Positions 8,702-18,356 of a DNA stretch of 32,000 nt are shown here, piece after piece. Every line of letters starts with the position of its first letter. Position 1 is the stretch's first letter. This stretch comes from Wolbachia endosymbiont of Armadillidium arcangelii. Its GTDB lineage: Bacteria; Pseudomonadota; Alphaproteobacteria; Rickettsiales; Anaplasmataceae. The position numbers and the translations under genes are program-made. Location: NCBI RefSeq assembly GCF_040207875.1, contig NZ_CP157942.1:467001-499000 (forward strand). The letters are read 5' to 3'. The notes below the pieces were generated by a model that was given only the letters and a program-made list of their open reading frames with translations, searched no databases and was not told where the DNA came from.

Positions 8702-10129
8702 ATGTATAAATTAAGTAAATTAATTTTTACTAAACTAAAAAAAAATAGATATACAAAAATTATCACGCTATTCTCATTAATTCTTGTGATTTTGTTTAGC
8801 GTAATATATTGCAATTATTCATTAAGGAATAATTTTCTTTCTTCTTACCGTAATTCGAATGTAAACTTAAAAAATCTATTGGAAAGTAGTATAATAAAAA
8901 AATACCATTATTTACTAATAGAAAAGCATCATATTAAATACAACAGTTTTGACTACATAAACCAGCTGGTAAAACTGCGTGCTGAATTATTACAATCAGT
9001 GAGCAAAGTAAAGAATTTTAGCTTAATACTGTATGATCAAAATGCCAGAGTAATTTTCAGTAATTTTAATACTCAAGGTCATGATTATGAGCAGTTACTT
9101 ACAAACGATGAAATTGATAAGTTGCTAAACAATCAAGAAATATTTTATGCTACAGGAAATACATTAACTTCTACTTTTCCTATATTTCATGAAGGTGACA
9201 CTAAACCTTCGTTTTTTTTGAAGATTATTCAAAGCTATGATGACTCTTGTGTTGTGGTATATAGTTTGTTTTTAATATTCGTGGGCTTATTATCACTCAC
9301 CTTAATACTGATAATGCTTTATTTGCACTTTTCTAATACAGAAATGCTAGCCAAGCAGCATAAAACTAATATTGAATTACAACAGATTAAAGAGACATTA
9401 GAGCAGGAGAATGCAAACAAGTTAAAATTTTTTGCAAGCGTTACACATGAGTTGCGTACACCTCTTAATTCTATTATTGGATTTGCAAAGTTGATCAAAA
9501 ATGAAACTTTAGGTTCGGTAGATCACTCTCAATACAAGGAATATGTAGACGATATATATAATGCAGGTACGCATTTACTTGCTTTAATTAATGATGTACT
9601 CGATTTTTCTAAAGCTGAATCAAGTAGTTTAACGGTAGAGAAAGTGAAGTTTAACCTGAATAAGATAATAGATTCGTGCTTAAATATGCTATCACCTAAA
9701 CTAAAAGAAACAGGAATTAGTTTAAAGAAAGAGATATCTGATAAACAATTATTAGTTATCACCGATCCCAAAAGAATGAAGCAAGTTATAATAAATTTGT
9801 TATCAAATGCAATCAAATTCACTCCTAAAGGTGGTTTAATAAGAATGGTTATTAAAGAGAATATAGAAAAAAATTTATTAACTATAGAGTTTCATGATAA
9901 TGGGATAGGGATAATGCAGCAGGACATATATAAAGTCATGTCCGTTTTTGGCCAAGCAGATTCAGGATATAGGAGCGAAGGCACAGGTATTGGATTACCG
10001 CTAAGCAAGAAGTTAGTAGAGTTAATGGGTGGAACTTTCAACATTAAAAGTGAATCAAAATTTGGTACTACGATAACATTGAACTTCTTTTATGAAGAAC
10101 AAACATGTGAAGATTTGATTGATTTTTAG
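8702..10129 (+). CDS. Membrane sensor histidine kinase (PleC-like)
   Basis: Two N-terminal hydrophobic segments; H-box FFASVTHELRTPLNSIIGFAKLI; N box LLSNAIKFTPKGG; G boxes DNGIGI and GTGIGLPLSKKLVELMGG. No receiver domain. Confidence 0.88.
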   Translation: MYKLSKLIFTKLKKNRYTKIITLFSLILVILFSVIYCNYSLRNNFLSSYRNSNVNLKNLLESSIIKKYHYLLIEKHHIKYNSFDYINQLVKLRAELLQSVSKVKNFSLILYDQNARVIFSNFNTQGHDYEQLLTNDEIDKLLNNQEIFYATGNTLTSTFPIFHEGDTKPSFFLKIIQSYDDSCVVVYSLFLIFVGLLSLTLILIMLYLHFSNTEMLAKQHKTNIELQQIKETLEQENANKLKFFASVTHELRTPLNSIIGFAKLIKNETLGSVDHSQYKEYVDDIYNAGTHLLALINDVLDFSKAESSSLTVEKVKFNLNKIIDSCLNMLSPKLKETGISLKKEISDKQLLVITDPKRMKQVIINLLSNAIKFTPKGGLIRMVIKENIEKNLLTIEFHDNGIGIMQQDIYKVMSVFGQADSGYRSEGTGIGLPLSKKLVELMGGTFNIKSESKFGTTITLNFFYEEQTCEDLIDF

Positions 10130-10198
10130 TAGAATCTATTTGATATTGCACTTAAAAGTTACGTTATACATTCCTAAGTCATGCTACCATGGTATCAA

Positions 10199-11500
10199 TT
10201 ATGTTTTTTTAAAAATTTTTTATTTGTGTAATTTTGCAAATTATATGGGCAATAAAAATCCGTGTGTAATAGAAATAAAATTTTATATCAAACAGCTGCC
10301 GTAACAATTTCTGTTTAGCTAATGAATATGTGCTTTAAGTCTGTGTGGACGGACATATTCATTAGCCAATTTCAGTCACCGTTGTGAGAGTATGCAAATT
10401 AATTGCTTCTTTAAGTCTTGCATTAGCAATTACTATAATTTTACGCATTAGAGCTTACCATCTTCAATAAGTTTAGAATAAAAGCCACCAAGTACAGATT
10501 TCGATTTTGCTGCAGCCATGGCTGATATAAAGAGCTTTATTACTTCTACCACCTTCGGTAACCAACAGCTTTACCACTTTCCTTAGGATGAGGTGCTACT
10601 CCGGCAAGACTTGCTACTTCTCTTCTGTTTAAGTAGCCAAGTTCTGGCATTAAACACAAAAAATCTTGAGATAATTTTTTACCTATTCCTGCTACCGTTC
10701 TAAGGATTTTTTGGCGCTTTTGTAACTCTGGATTTTCATCAATGATTTTTCGTATAGTATTATTGAGTGTATCTATTTGACTATTAAAGAATTCGATAGT
10801 TTTTTGACAACTTTCCCTTATATGGTCGTTTTCAGGTGCTTCCAGTCTACATTTCTCCTGAGTTCTCATTTGCGTAACGACGTTGACAAAGTGCAGCTAG
10901 AGTTGATTGTTCTTTTGACGTAGGTGCAAATAGAGAGAGAGTTCTATGGCGCATATTGAGCAAGAGCCATCGCATCTGATTTATCGGACTTTGCAAAAGT
11001 TCCGTGAGATAAAATAAAACTTTTTACTTTACGAGTATTAGCTCGATGTACTGCAATATTCTTGTTAACAAGAAAATGTGATAAACCAATTTTCCTGTAT
11101 TTTCCAAAGTTACTAAAGTATTAGGTAGAATATCTGAAAACTTTTGAAATAATTGTTGCCAACCAGCAGAATCATTGTCAAATTTGATAGCGTTCTTCTG
11201 TTTGTGGATTGCAACGACATTTTTGAATTTTCCGATGTCAATACCAATAAAATTTTGATAAGATGTAATCATGATAACCTCGATAGTTTTATTAATTTAA
11301 GATTGTAAATGGGTGCATACCACACAACTATTCAAACGTATCGAGAGATGGGCTAGTGTACCTTGATAACGACGGTTGTAATACCAATTTTCCCTCGGTT
11401 GCACATGCCCGTGATAGTTCTATTCCTATAGTGAGTAGAGTTATCTTCCCTCTTGTTCGTTTTATAACATATTTTTAACTTACAATCTCTTGGCTGCTAA
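10199..11500 (-). pseudogene. Degenerate IS110-family element (same family as the intact copy at 25.5-26.9 kb)
   Basis: Fragments 11024..11272 (MITSYQNFIGIDIGKFKNVVAIHKQKNAIKFDND) and 10546..10869 (ILRTVAGIGKKLSQDFLCLMPELGYLNRREVASLAGVAPHPKESGKAVGYRRW) align with the intact 315-aa transposase. The non-coding flanks on both sides also align. Confidence 0.85.
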
Positions 11501-11565
11501 TAAGTAGTGGGATGTCAGTGAACTTAAATTACTTTAGCTATGCTTCCTGAAAACACTTTATACCT

Positions 11566-11598
11566 CTTTATTATAAAGAAAATTCCTTTATAATAAAG
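11566..11598 (+). promoter_or_regulatory. Perfect 13-bp inverted repeat just upstream of the 11600 ORF
   Basis: CTTTATTATAAAG (11566-11578), 7-nt loop, CTTTATAATAAAG (11586-11598); the ATG is at 11600. Function not established. Confidence 0.4.
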
Positions 11599-11599
11599 C

Positions 11600-12337
11600 A
11601 TGCTAATCAGGAACTTAATAAAACAAGCAACTCAAGTAGGAAATAGTGAAAACGTAATACGATATGTCGAATATCTCTATCAATTTGAGAAGTTTAGAAA
11701 TACATTAAACCTCACTTTGTCACTAATAAAGCAAAATAGACTCTCATTTGAGATATATCAAGAAGGATTAGTGGATATGGAAGAGGGAGTATGCAAGACA
11801 ATTCGATCTTCTGGTGTAAATAAGTATGTTATTGTGCTAAGAAGGTCAAATCCTTACATCATAGTACATGAACTTTCACATATGGTTGAAAATGAACTGG
11901 ACTTAAGATTAGAGCAAGAATTTCTCTATAAAGTTTATCAGGATATTGAGCAGAACTTAAAGCAGTCAAATATTCTGGTACAAAAAATTATTGGTCAAAT
12001 TATATTTAAAGAGATACAAGCTTACCAAATTCTAAAATCACGCGCATCTGAATTATTTGCACGCTATTTTGAGCTATTCGCTTGGGCTCAGGAGGTTTAT
12101 CCTAAAGATAAAGAGTATCTAATTCGCACTCAAGATTTAAACAAAGTATTTCTTGCTACTAACCAATGGAAAAAGAGCTATTTGGATCAACAAATAATGG
12201 AGAGAATAGATAAAGAAGTAAAGGAGTATAGCAACAAAACTGCCTTTAAAGATATAAACAAAGTACAAAGCAGTTGGACTAATAAATTTTCCCCGGGAGG
12301 CAAAAAATTTGGTTCTATATTTGGAGACAGTGATTAG
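11600..12337 (+). CDS. Hypothetical protein with HExxH putative metallopeptidase motif
   Basis: 245 aa. YIIVHELSHMVENELD gives HELSH (codons at 11867-11881), and a downstream helix ...SRASELFARYFELFAWAQEVY supplies candidate acidic third ligands. Confidence 0.6.
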   Translation: MLIRNLIKQATQVGNSENVIRYVEYLYQFEKFRNTLNLTLSLIKQNRLSFEIYQEGLVDMEEGVCKTIRSSGVNKYVIVLRRSNPYIIVHELSHMVENELDLRLEQEFLYKVYQDIEQNLKQSNILVQKIIGQIIFKEIQAYQILKSRASELFARYFELFAWAQEVYPKDKEYLIRTQDLNKVFLATNQWKKSYLDQQIMERIDKEVKEYSNKTAFKDINKVQSSWTNKFSPGGKKFGSIFGDSD

Positions 12338-12464
12338 ATTATAGCTAGATATTCTTCTACATTTACCATTACAGGTGGATCCACTAATGAGCAGTGGAAT
12401 TGTGATTTTCATTGACAAGGCAATTCTAGCATTTTAGAATGCAAGTAATGAAAATAATAAAGAG

Positions 12465-12914
12465 ATGCATGCAACTATAGGCTTTCCACTTGAGGTAAGT
12501 ATCAGAGATCTTATAATGAATATCCTAAGAAGTTCAACAAGCTCTGCTGTAGGGCGGTATAAACAATCAACAACATCTCTTAATGGTCTAAAAGTAACAG
12601 AAGAGGTAAAATTATCTGATGATTTTATTGATGTATTGATGGGAAGGGAAGTACAAATATCCCGCAATGCTGTCATAGCAAAGTGTAGCAGGATAATAAC
12701 GCGTGCAAATGGGGAAGAAATATCAGAAGAAAAAGAAATAAAATCCCAGGGATTTGTTACAGAACTTAAGGAAAAAATTCGAATATCTGGTAGAGAAAGT
12801 ATTGCAGAATGGGCTGCTGACTGGTTAATAGAAGGGTTTAAACAACAATTATTGCCATTGTCTGATCTGGAAGATGTTACTGTAGCTACAAGTCAGCAGA
12901 GTAGACAACAATAG
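12465..12914 (+). CDS. Hypothetical protein
   Basis: 149-aa ORF with coding-like composition (MHATIGFPLEVSIRDLIMNILRSSTSSAVGRYKQ...), no recognised domain. Confidence 0.55.
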   Translation: MHATIGFPLEVSIRDLIMNILRSSTSSAVGRYKQSTTSLNGLKVTEEVKLSDDFIDVLMGREVQISRNAVIAKCSRIITRANGEEISEEKEIKSQGFVTELKEKIRISGRESIAEWAADWLIEGFKQQLLPLSDLEDVTVATSQQSRQQ

Positions 12915-13021
12915 TAGAGTTAGGTGCCTTAGCTATAGTAGAGCAGATTGTTTTTAGCTTAAGTTATGTACGTTTTGCAGTTACAGCATTTCAAGGTATA
13001 GTTTTCACAATTAAAGTATTT

Positions 13022-14032
13022 ATGAAAACCATTTTAGCGGTTGAAACAAGTTGCGATGAAACTGCGGCAGCAATTGTAAATAGTAATAAGCAAGTTCTTG
13101 CTCACGAAATTCTTTCTCAGGCAGAGCATAAAAAATGCGGTGGGGTGATTCCTGAAGTAGCATCACGTGCTCATATGAAGCATTTAAGTGATCTAATAAA
13201 AAGTGCTATGGAAAAATCTAACCTTAACTTTTGTGATCTGAATGCAATTGCGGCAACATCAGGACCAGGGCTTATAGGTGGACTAATAATTGGTACAATG
13301 ATGGCTAAAGCAATTGCACATGTAGCACAAAAACCGTTCATTGCAGTTAATCACTTAGAAGCGCACGCATTAGTTGTTAGGCTACTGTATAAGGTTGAAT
13401 TTCCGTTTTTAGTCCTACTGATATCAGGTGGCCACTGTCAATTTTTAATTGCACAGGATGTAGGTAAATATATTAAACTTGGGGAAACACTCGATGATTC
13501 ACTGGGTGAAGCGTTTGATAAAGTTGCTAAGATGCTAGGCCTAAGCTATCCGGGAGGTCCATTGATTGAAGAGTTAGCTAAAAAAGGTGATGGTATGAGA
13601 TTTAAGCTGCCAAGAGCAATGATAAAACGCTCTGGATGTGACTTCTCATTTTCTGGAATTAAAACAGCAGTAAAAAACTTAGTGAAAGAGCTTGCAATGA
13701 GCAAGCAAGATGTTTGTGATGTGTGCGCCTCGTTTCAAGAGTGTATTAGCGACATATTAATCGATAGGGTCAAAAATGCGATTATTATTACTGTATCTTT
13801 AAATATTAAAATCAATGATTTTGTAATTACTGGTGGAGTTGCAGCAAATAATTTCCTGAAAGAGAGATTAAAAAAGCACATAGACTTGAACGTGCTTTCT
13901 CCTCCAAGCAATTTATGTACAGACAATGCAGTGATGATTGGATGGACAGGAATTGAAAGGTTACAGAGAAACTATGTAGACTCTCTTGACTTTGCACCAA
14001 GGCCAAAGTGGGAATTAGAAAAATATTACTAG
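13022..14032 (+). CDS. tsaD: tRNA N6-threonylcarbamoyladenosine biosynthesis protein TsaD
   Basis: 336 aa, MKTILAVETSCDETAAAIV..., GGVIPEVASRAHMKHL, NHLEAHALV, LISGGHCQF, YPGGPLIEELAKKG, VITGGVAANNFL. Confidence 0.97.
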   Translation: MKTILAVETSCDETAAAIVNSNKQVLAHEILSQAEHKKCGGVIPEVASRAHMKHLSDLIKSAMEKSNLNFCDLNAIAATSGPGLIGGLIIGTMMAKAIAHVAQKPFIAVNHLEAHALVVRLLYKVEFPFLVLLISGGHCQFLIAQDVGKYIKLGETLDDSLGEAFDKVAKMLGLSYPGGPLIEELAKKGDGMRFKLPRAMIKRSGCDFSFSGIKTAVKNLVKELAMSKQDVCDVCASFQECISDILIDRVKNAIIITVSLNIKINDFVITGGVAANNFLKERLKKHIDLNVLSPPSNLCTDNAVMIGWTGIERLQRNYVDSLDFAPRPKWELEKYY

Positions 14033-14138
14033 CACAAAAAATTATCTATTATATAATGCGGCCGCTGGTGAATTTTTGTAGGCTTAAAAATTACAGTGGT
14101 ATCTACTAAAGCCTTATTCACTACCGGCATTATTATTT

Positions 14139-17100
14139 ATGAGGTACAGTATGTTCAAAAATAAATTTGACACAGTTACTAATGTTTTCAAAGCTAAATC
14201 TAGTACAAGCGCAAAGACACTCAGTTCAGGTTTATTTACTGCGGGAACCATTGGTATGGCCGGAGCAATTAGTGAGATAGACCTCTTATTACAAGGCAAT
14301 TCAGAAGATAAAGTCAATAAGCAAGACCTAATAATCATATATGATTATATTAATAAAGTAACTCAAGAAGAAAACTATAATATATATACTAATAATCTTG
14401 ATCATATAAAAAGCAGGATTTCAGCAGAAAATATAAGAGGTTTATTAGCTGAAAAATTTCGTCAAGATGGATGGAATATAACAAGTAATGATGGTTCTTC
14501 GCTATTAACAGTGGCTATTGAAAGAATTAGAGAAAGACGAAATAAAAACAGGGATTGTGATATTCATGTTCAAATAGCTGTATCTCTAATTCTTAATATG
14601 AAGAGAGAGTTGATTATAGGACTAGAGAATTTTGCAGACAGTAACGGTAAAACGCTTCTACATTACTTAGCCGAGTCGGGTAAAGAAGATGTTTTACTTT
14701 TTGTGATAGAAAGTTCTAATTTTGACATTAAAGAAGCAGTAAGGAGTGAAGATAGAGGTGGTAAAACACCACTACATTATGCGGCTAAATTTGGCAATGA
14801 AGAATGCTTTAAAACTCTCATGGAAAATGAGGCACATTTTACTAGTACTATCAATTATAAGAGTGAATTGCACTATGCTGCTAGAAGCGGAAGTTTTAGC
14901 CTCCTAGGGTATTTAGAAAAAGTACTTACAGCAAGAGGAATTTTTGATAGGGAGAGAATTAAAAAAGATAGATATGGAAATAACGCATTACACTTTGCTG
15001 CACAATCTGGGAATGCTGAGTGCATAAAGTTCTTCATCGATAATCGAGTAAAATTTTTAAACAATCAATATCATGAGAATCCTTTGCATAAAATTGCAGG
15101 TAACTCAGAAACTCAAGATTCAGAAACCCAAGATAATGCTATAAATTTTCTTATAGAGCATTCAAAATTGTTAGGTCAACTAAAAAGTGATATTAATCAA
15201 AAAGATGTAGATGGTAACACCCCATTGCATATAGCTGCACAGCATGGAAATAAACAATTAATAGAACTGTTTAGTAGATTAGGTGCAAAAATTGTTATGA
15301 ATAAGCAAGATAACACCCCCTTACATATTGCTATTATGCATGGTAATGCAGATTGTATAGAGCTATTTCATGAAAATAGAGAAGATATTCTTGAATCTAA
15401 AGGTGAGCATGGAAGAAATCTTGTACATTTGGCTGCAATGTACGGGCAGTTTGATTGTCTACATTTTTTACTCAATAAATTCCCTAATCATAATTTAAAC
15501 ACAAAGACAAGCAAAGGAAATACAGCATTACACTTAGCTCTGTTGAAAAGTACAGAGCTAGAGTCAAGAAAACAATGTGTAATTCTGTTAATAGATAGAG
15601 GTATGCAAGTAAATGAGAGTAATAATGAAGGAAGCACCCCTTTACATTTTGCTGCTCAACTCGTTGGTCTAGAGTTTTTGAGCGTGATAGAAGGAGAGTT
15701 AAAAAAACAGAAAATCGACGTTCACCAGGAGATTTTGCGTAAGAACCAAAGCGGTAACACAGCTTTTCATATGGCAGCGTGTGTTGGCAATAAATCATGC
15801 CTTGAGCACCTTTTCACTCTTATACAGGAAAAGGGAGTAAGAGAAATATTAAGTAAGGAGAATAAGGATGGACAAACTTTACTACACTTATCTATGTTAA
15901 GTGGAAGCATGGAATGCGTTGAGTATTTGATGCAAAAGAGCCAAATTGATATTTTTTCGGAGCAAAATACGCAAAAAAAGTTGCTATTTGCAGCTATTTT
16001 GAGCGGTAATAAGGAATGTCTTGAATTTTTAGCGGAGGAAAGCCTTGTAAATAGAAACATGGCTGATAGCATTGGAGTGTTATTTTCTTATAATGATGAA
16101 AATGACAATACACCGTTACACATGGCTGCTCTTGCCGACGGCATAGGATGTTCTCAGTATATTATTGAAAGTGTTTCTAAGTTGACTAGGCTGGATATTA
16201 GTAGCACGACAAAAATTCACCTACTCTTTAACACAAACATTCATGGGCTTACACCTCTACACTTAGCTGCTATGAGCCTTAATGCTGAGGTAATAAAATA
16301 TTTCATGAAAGATAATTATCCCTATGCTGAGAAAACGTTGAATATTTTATCTAAATCTGGAAGAACACCATTACACTACCTTGTAATGAATGATAATGAT
16401 TTTGAAAGAATTGTAGATGAGGATTTTAAACAAGATCGCTTCTTGAAAAGCATAGTTTTAGAAAAGCGTAAGCAGAATGAGCATTTCAGAGAGAAAGCTA
16501 TCAATGCCTTATTCTGCTTAACAATGAATGACACAAAGAAAGTTATAAGTGAGAAAATAGATTTTGATATAAAAGATAATGCAGGAAAAACAGCCCTAGA
16601 TTATTCTCTTGAACATAGCGATACAAGTATCTTGAGGTTATTTTTAGATGTTTTTTATGAAATAAAGAAGGACAGAAAAAGAAAATATGATAAATTTGAG
16701 ATAGATTATCAAGAGAAACAGGAAATGGTTTCACGCATCACTAACGTGCTTACACCAATAGCAAGTATTACTATTTCGTCTTGCGTTCTATTCGATCAGT
16801 CAGAATCTGAAGTGAAAAAATTTTTTACTTATATTTCTATTGCCTGTTCTTTAATATCACTTGTACTTTTCTTGTCTAATTTAGTAATTAGTCGTCGAAA
16901 AGAACCACTTAAGAATGACATAAAAAACTATACTGAAAAAATAGACGGAATTGAAGAGATAACAGGAAAATCAGCCGAGACAAAAGTAGAAGTCCATGAT
17001 TTGGAAGGATACAGTACAATAAGGAATGCAGAAGACATTTCAGAATTGAAAAGTACGCTTAATAATTTTATGAATGCAGTTGACTTAAAGAATAGAGACA

Positions 17101-17243
17101 AACCCAATATGCCTTCTCAAAAAATGAGCAGGCATGATAGCGTAGCACAATGTTCAGATAAGTCTTTAGCGAGCAGAAGAAATTCATCTTTTCTGAATGA
17201 TGTAACAAAAAAAGTTTGGTCAGTATGTAAGACGCAACAGTAG
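14139..17243 (+). CDS. Large ankyrin-repeat protein with C-terminal hydrophobic segments
   Basis: 1034 aa with many ankyrin units (DGNTPLHIAAQHGNKQLIELFSRLGAK, QDNTPLHIAIMHGNADCIELF, GRNLVHLAAMYGQFDCLHFL, GNTALHLALLKS...) and C-term ITISSCVLF...FFTYISIACSLISLVLFLSNLVI. Confidence 0.95.
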   Translation: MRYSMFKNKFDTVTNVFKAKSSTSAKTLSSGLFTAGTIGMAGAISEIDLLLQGNSEDKVNKQDLIIIYDYINKVTQEENYNIYTNNLDHIKSRISAENIRGLLAEKFRQDGWNITSNDGSSLLTVAIERIRERRNKNRDCDIHVQIAVSLILNMKRELIIGLENFADSNGKTLLHYLAESGKEDVLLFVIESSNFDIKEAVRSEDRGGKTPLHYAAKFGNEECFKTLMENEAHFTSTINYKSELHYAARSGSFSLLGYLEKVLTARGIFDRERIKKDRYGNNALHFAAQSGNAECIKFFIDNRVKFLNNQYHENPLHKIAGNSETQDSETQDNAINFLIEHSKLLGQLKSDINQKDVDGNTPLHIAAQHGNKQLIELFSRLGAKIVMNKQDNTPLHIAIMHGNADCIELFHENREDILESKGEHGRNLVHLAAMYGQFDCLHFLLNKFPNHNLNTKTSKGNTALHLALLKSTELESRKQCVILLIDRGMQVNESNNEGSTPLHFAAQLVGLEFLSVIEGELKKQKIDVHQEILRKNQSGNTAFHMAACVGNKSCLEHLFTLIQEKGVREILSKENKDGQTLLHLSMLSGSMECVEYLMQKSQIDIFSEQNTQKKLLFAAILSGNKECLEFLAEESLVNRNMADSIGVLFSYNDENDNTPLHMAALADGIGCSQYIIESVSKLTRLDISSTTKIHLLFNTNIHGLTPLHLAAMSLNAEVIKYFMKDNYPYAEKTLNILSKSGRTPLHYLVMNDNDFERIVDEDFKQDRFLKSIVLEKRKQNEHFREKAINALFCLTMNDTKKVISEKIDFDIKDNAGKTALDYSLEHSDTSILRLFLDVFYEIKKDRKRKYDKFEIDYQEKQEMVSRITNVLTPIASITISSCVLFDQSESEVKKFFTYISIACSLISLVLFLSNLVISRRKEPLKNDIKNYTEKIDGIEEITGKSAETKVEVHDLEGYSTIRNAEDISELKSTLNNFMNAVDLKNRDKPNMPSQKMSRHDSVAQCSDKSLASRRNSSFLNDVTKKVWSVCKTQQ

Positions 17244-17256
17244 AGTACAAGATACA

Positions 17257-18111
17257 ATGGACAGATGTGATAGTGCGTCATGTTTAATTACTATAGAAGA
17301 ACATTCAAAAAGTAAACAAGAAGCTTCGCAAAGCAAATTAAAGGCTGTGATAAACAAGCTAAGAGCAGCTAATGTTTTTAGGAAGAAGGAAAATGTGGTT
17401 GATACATCAAGCTTATCAGAAAGTGCTGCAAAAAGGGATGAAGAAGAGTATGGGTTAATAAAGCGGTTTGCTGATACCCATGAGTACTCAATATTTTCGA
17501 TTCCTCCAAATTGCTCAACCTCAGGAGAAGAGTTTGGTACCACTGATAGAGCAGCGCGTCGTGTGAGTTATGGTAGTGTAAATAAGCTACCTCCTGTGAG
17601 CGAGGATGGAGCTAGTAAATTTCCGTCTGCAACACTTTCTAGCCCTGGGGCGGTTACCATTAAAGAAGCAGACTTTTTTGAAGTGGAATATAGGCCAAGG
17701 GTGCAATCAAATCCGTCTTATATGACGAAAAAAAAGTTCGTAGGTAAATTACCAAAATCTAAGACATCTTTTGATTGTATAGGAAAGGGAAGGGACTCAG
17801 TATTTTCAACTTTTTCTAATCCAAATTGCTCAACCTCTATAAGAGAAGAGTTTAGTACTGCTGGTACAGGTAATAGAACAGTTCATCGTATGAGTTATGT
17901 TAGTGCAAATAAGCTATTTTCTGTGAGCGAGGAAGAAGTTCCACGCACAACGCTTTCTAGTTCTGTAGCGGAGGTTGCTATTAAGGAAGCAGACCGTTTT
18001 CAAGAGGAATATGGTAGATCAAGAACGTATTCAAGTCCAGCTTCTATGAGCAGAAGAGAAACTGCACGTAGAGTATTGAAATCTAGAATATCTTCTGATT
18101 ATAGACTTTGA
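17257..18111 (+). CDS. Ser-rich hypothetical protein with internal duplication
   Basis: 284 aa starting 13 nt after the ankyrin gene. Two related blocks, CSTSGEEFGTTDRAARRVSYGSVNKLPPVSEDG... and CSTSIREEFSTAGTGNRTVHRMSYVSANKLFSVSEEE.... Confidence 0.7.
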   Translation: MDRCDSASCLITIEEHSKSKQEASQSKLKAVINKLRAANVFRKKENVVDTSSLSESAAKRDEEEYGLIKRFADTHEYSIFSIPPNCSTSGEEFGTTDRAARRVSYGSVNKLPPVSEDGASKFPSATLSSPGAVTIKEADFFEVEYRPRVQSNPSYMTKKKFVGKLPKSKTSFDCIGKGRDSVFSTFSNPNCSTSIREEFSTAGTGNRTVHRMSYVSANKLFSVSEEEVPRTTLSSSVAEVAIKEADRFQEEYGRSRTYSSPASMSRRETARRVLKSRISSDYRL

Positions 18112-18356
18112 CCAAGATCGGAGGAATAGCAGACATTCTAGTGAATCATTGCTAGGTAGTAGATAAAGAAATAATTGGCAAGGCTATCATCGTATAGTAA
18201 AAATGAATTTGATAGTCTTGCTAAACTTCCATAAGAAAGTTTATATTTGCATATGTTAATATTTTATTATATTAATGATAGGGTAAGGCAATAGCTATTA
18301 ATACTTTCGAAATAAAAATTATATATGGTGCATACAGTTAAGTTAAAAGGAAGATT

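Noticed and set aside
10119-10304. 61-aa ORF after the histidine kinase
   Set aside because: Overlaps the kinase end and runs into the shared non-coding flank of the IS110 family (the same sequence recurs near 25.55 kb).
14873-17250. Series of minus-strand ORFs within the ankyrin gene
   Set aside because: Antisense of repeated ankyrin codons; cysteine and leucine rich, no coherent domains.
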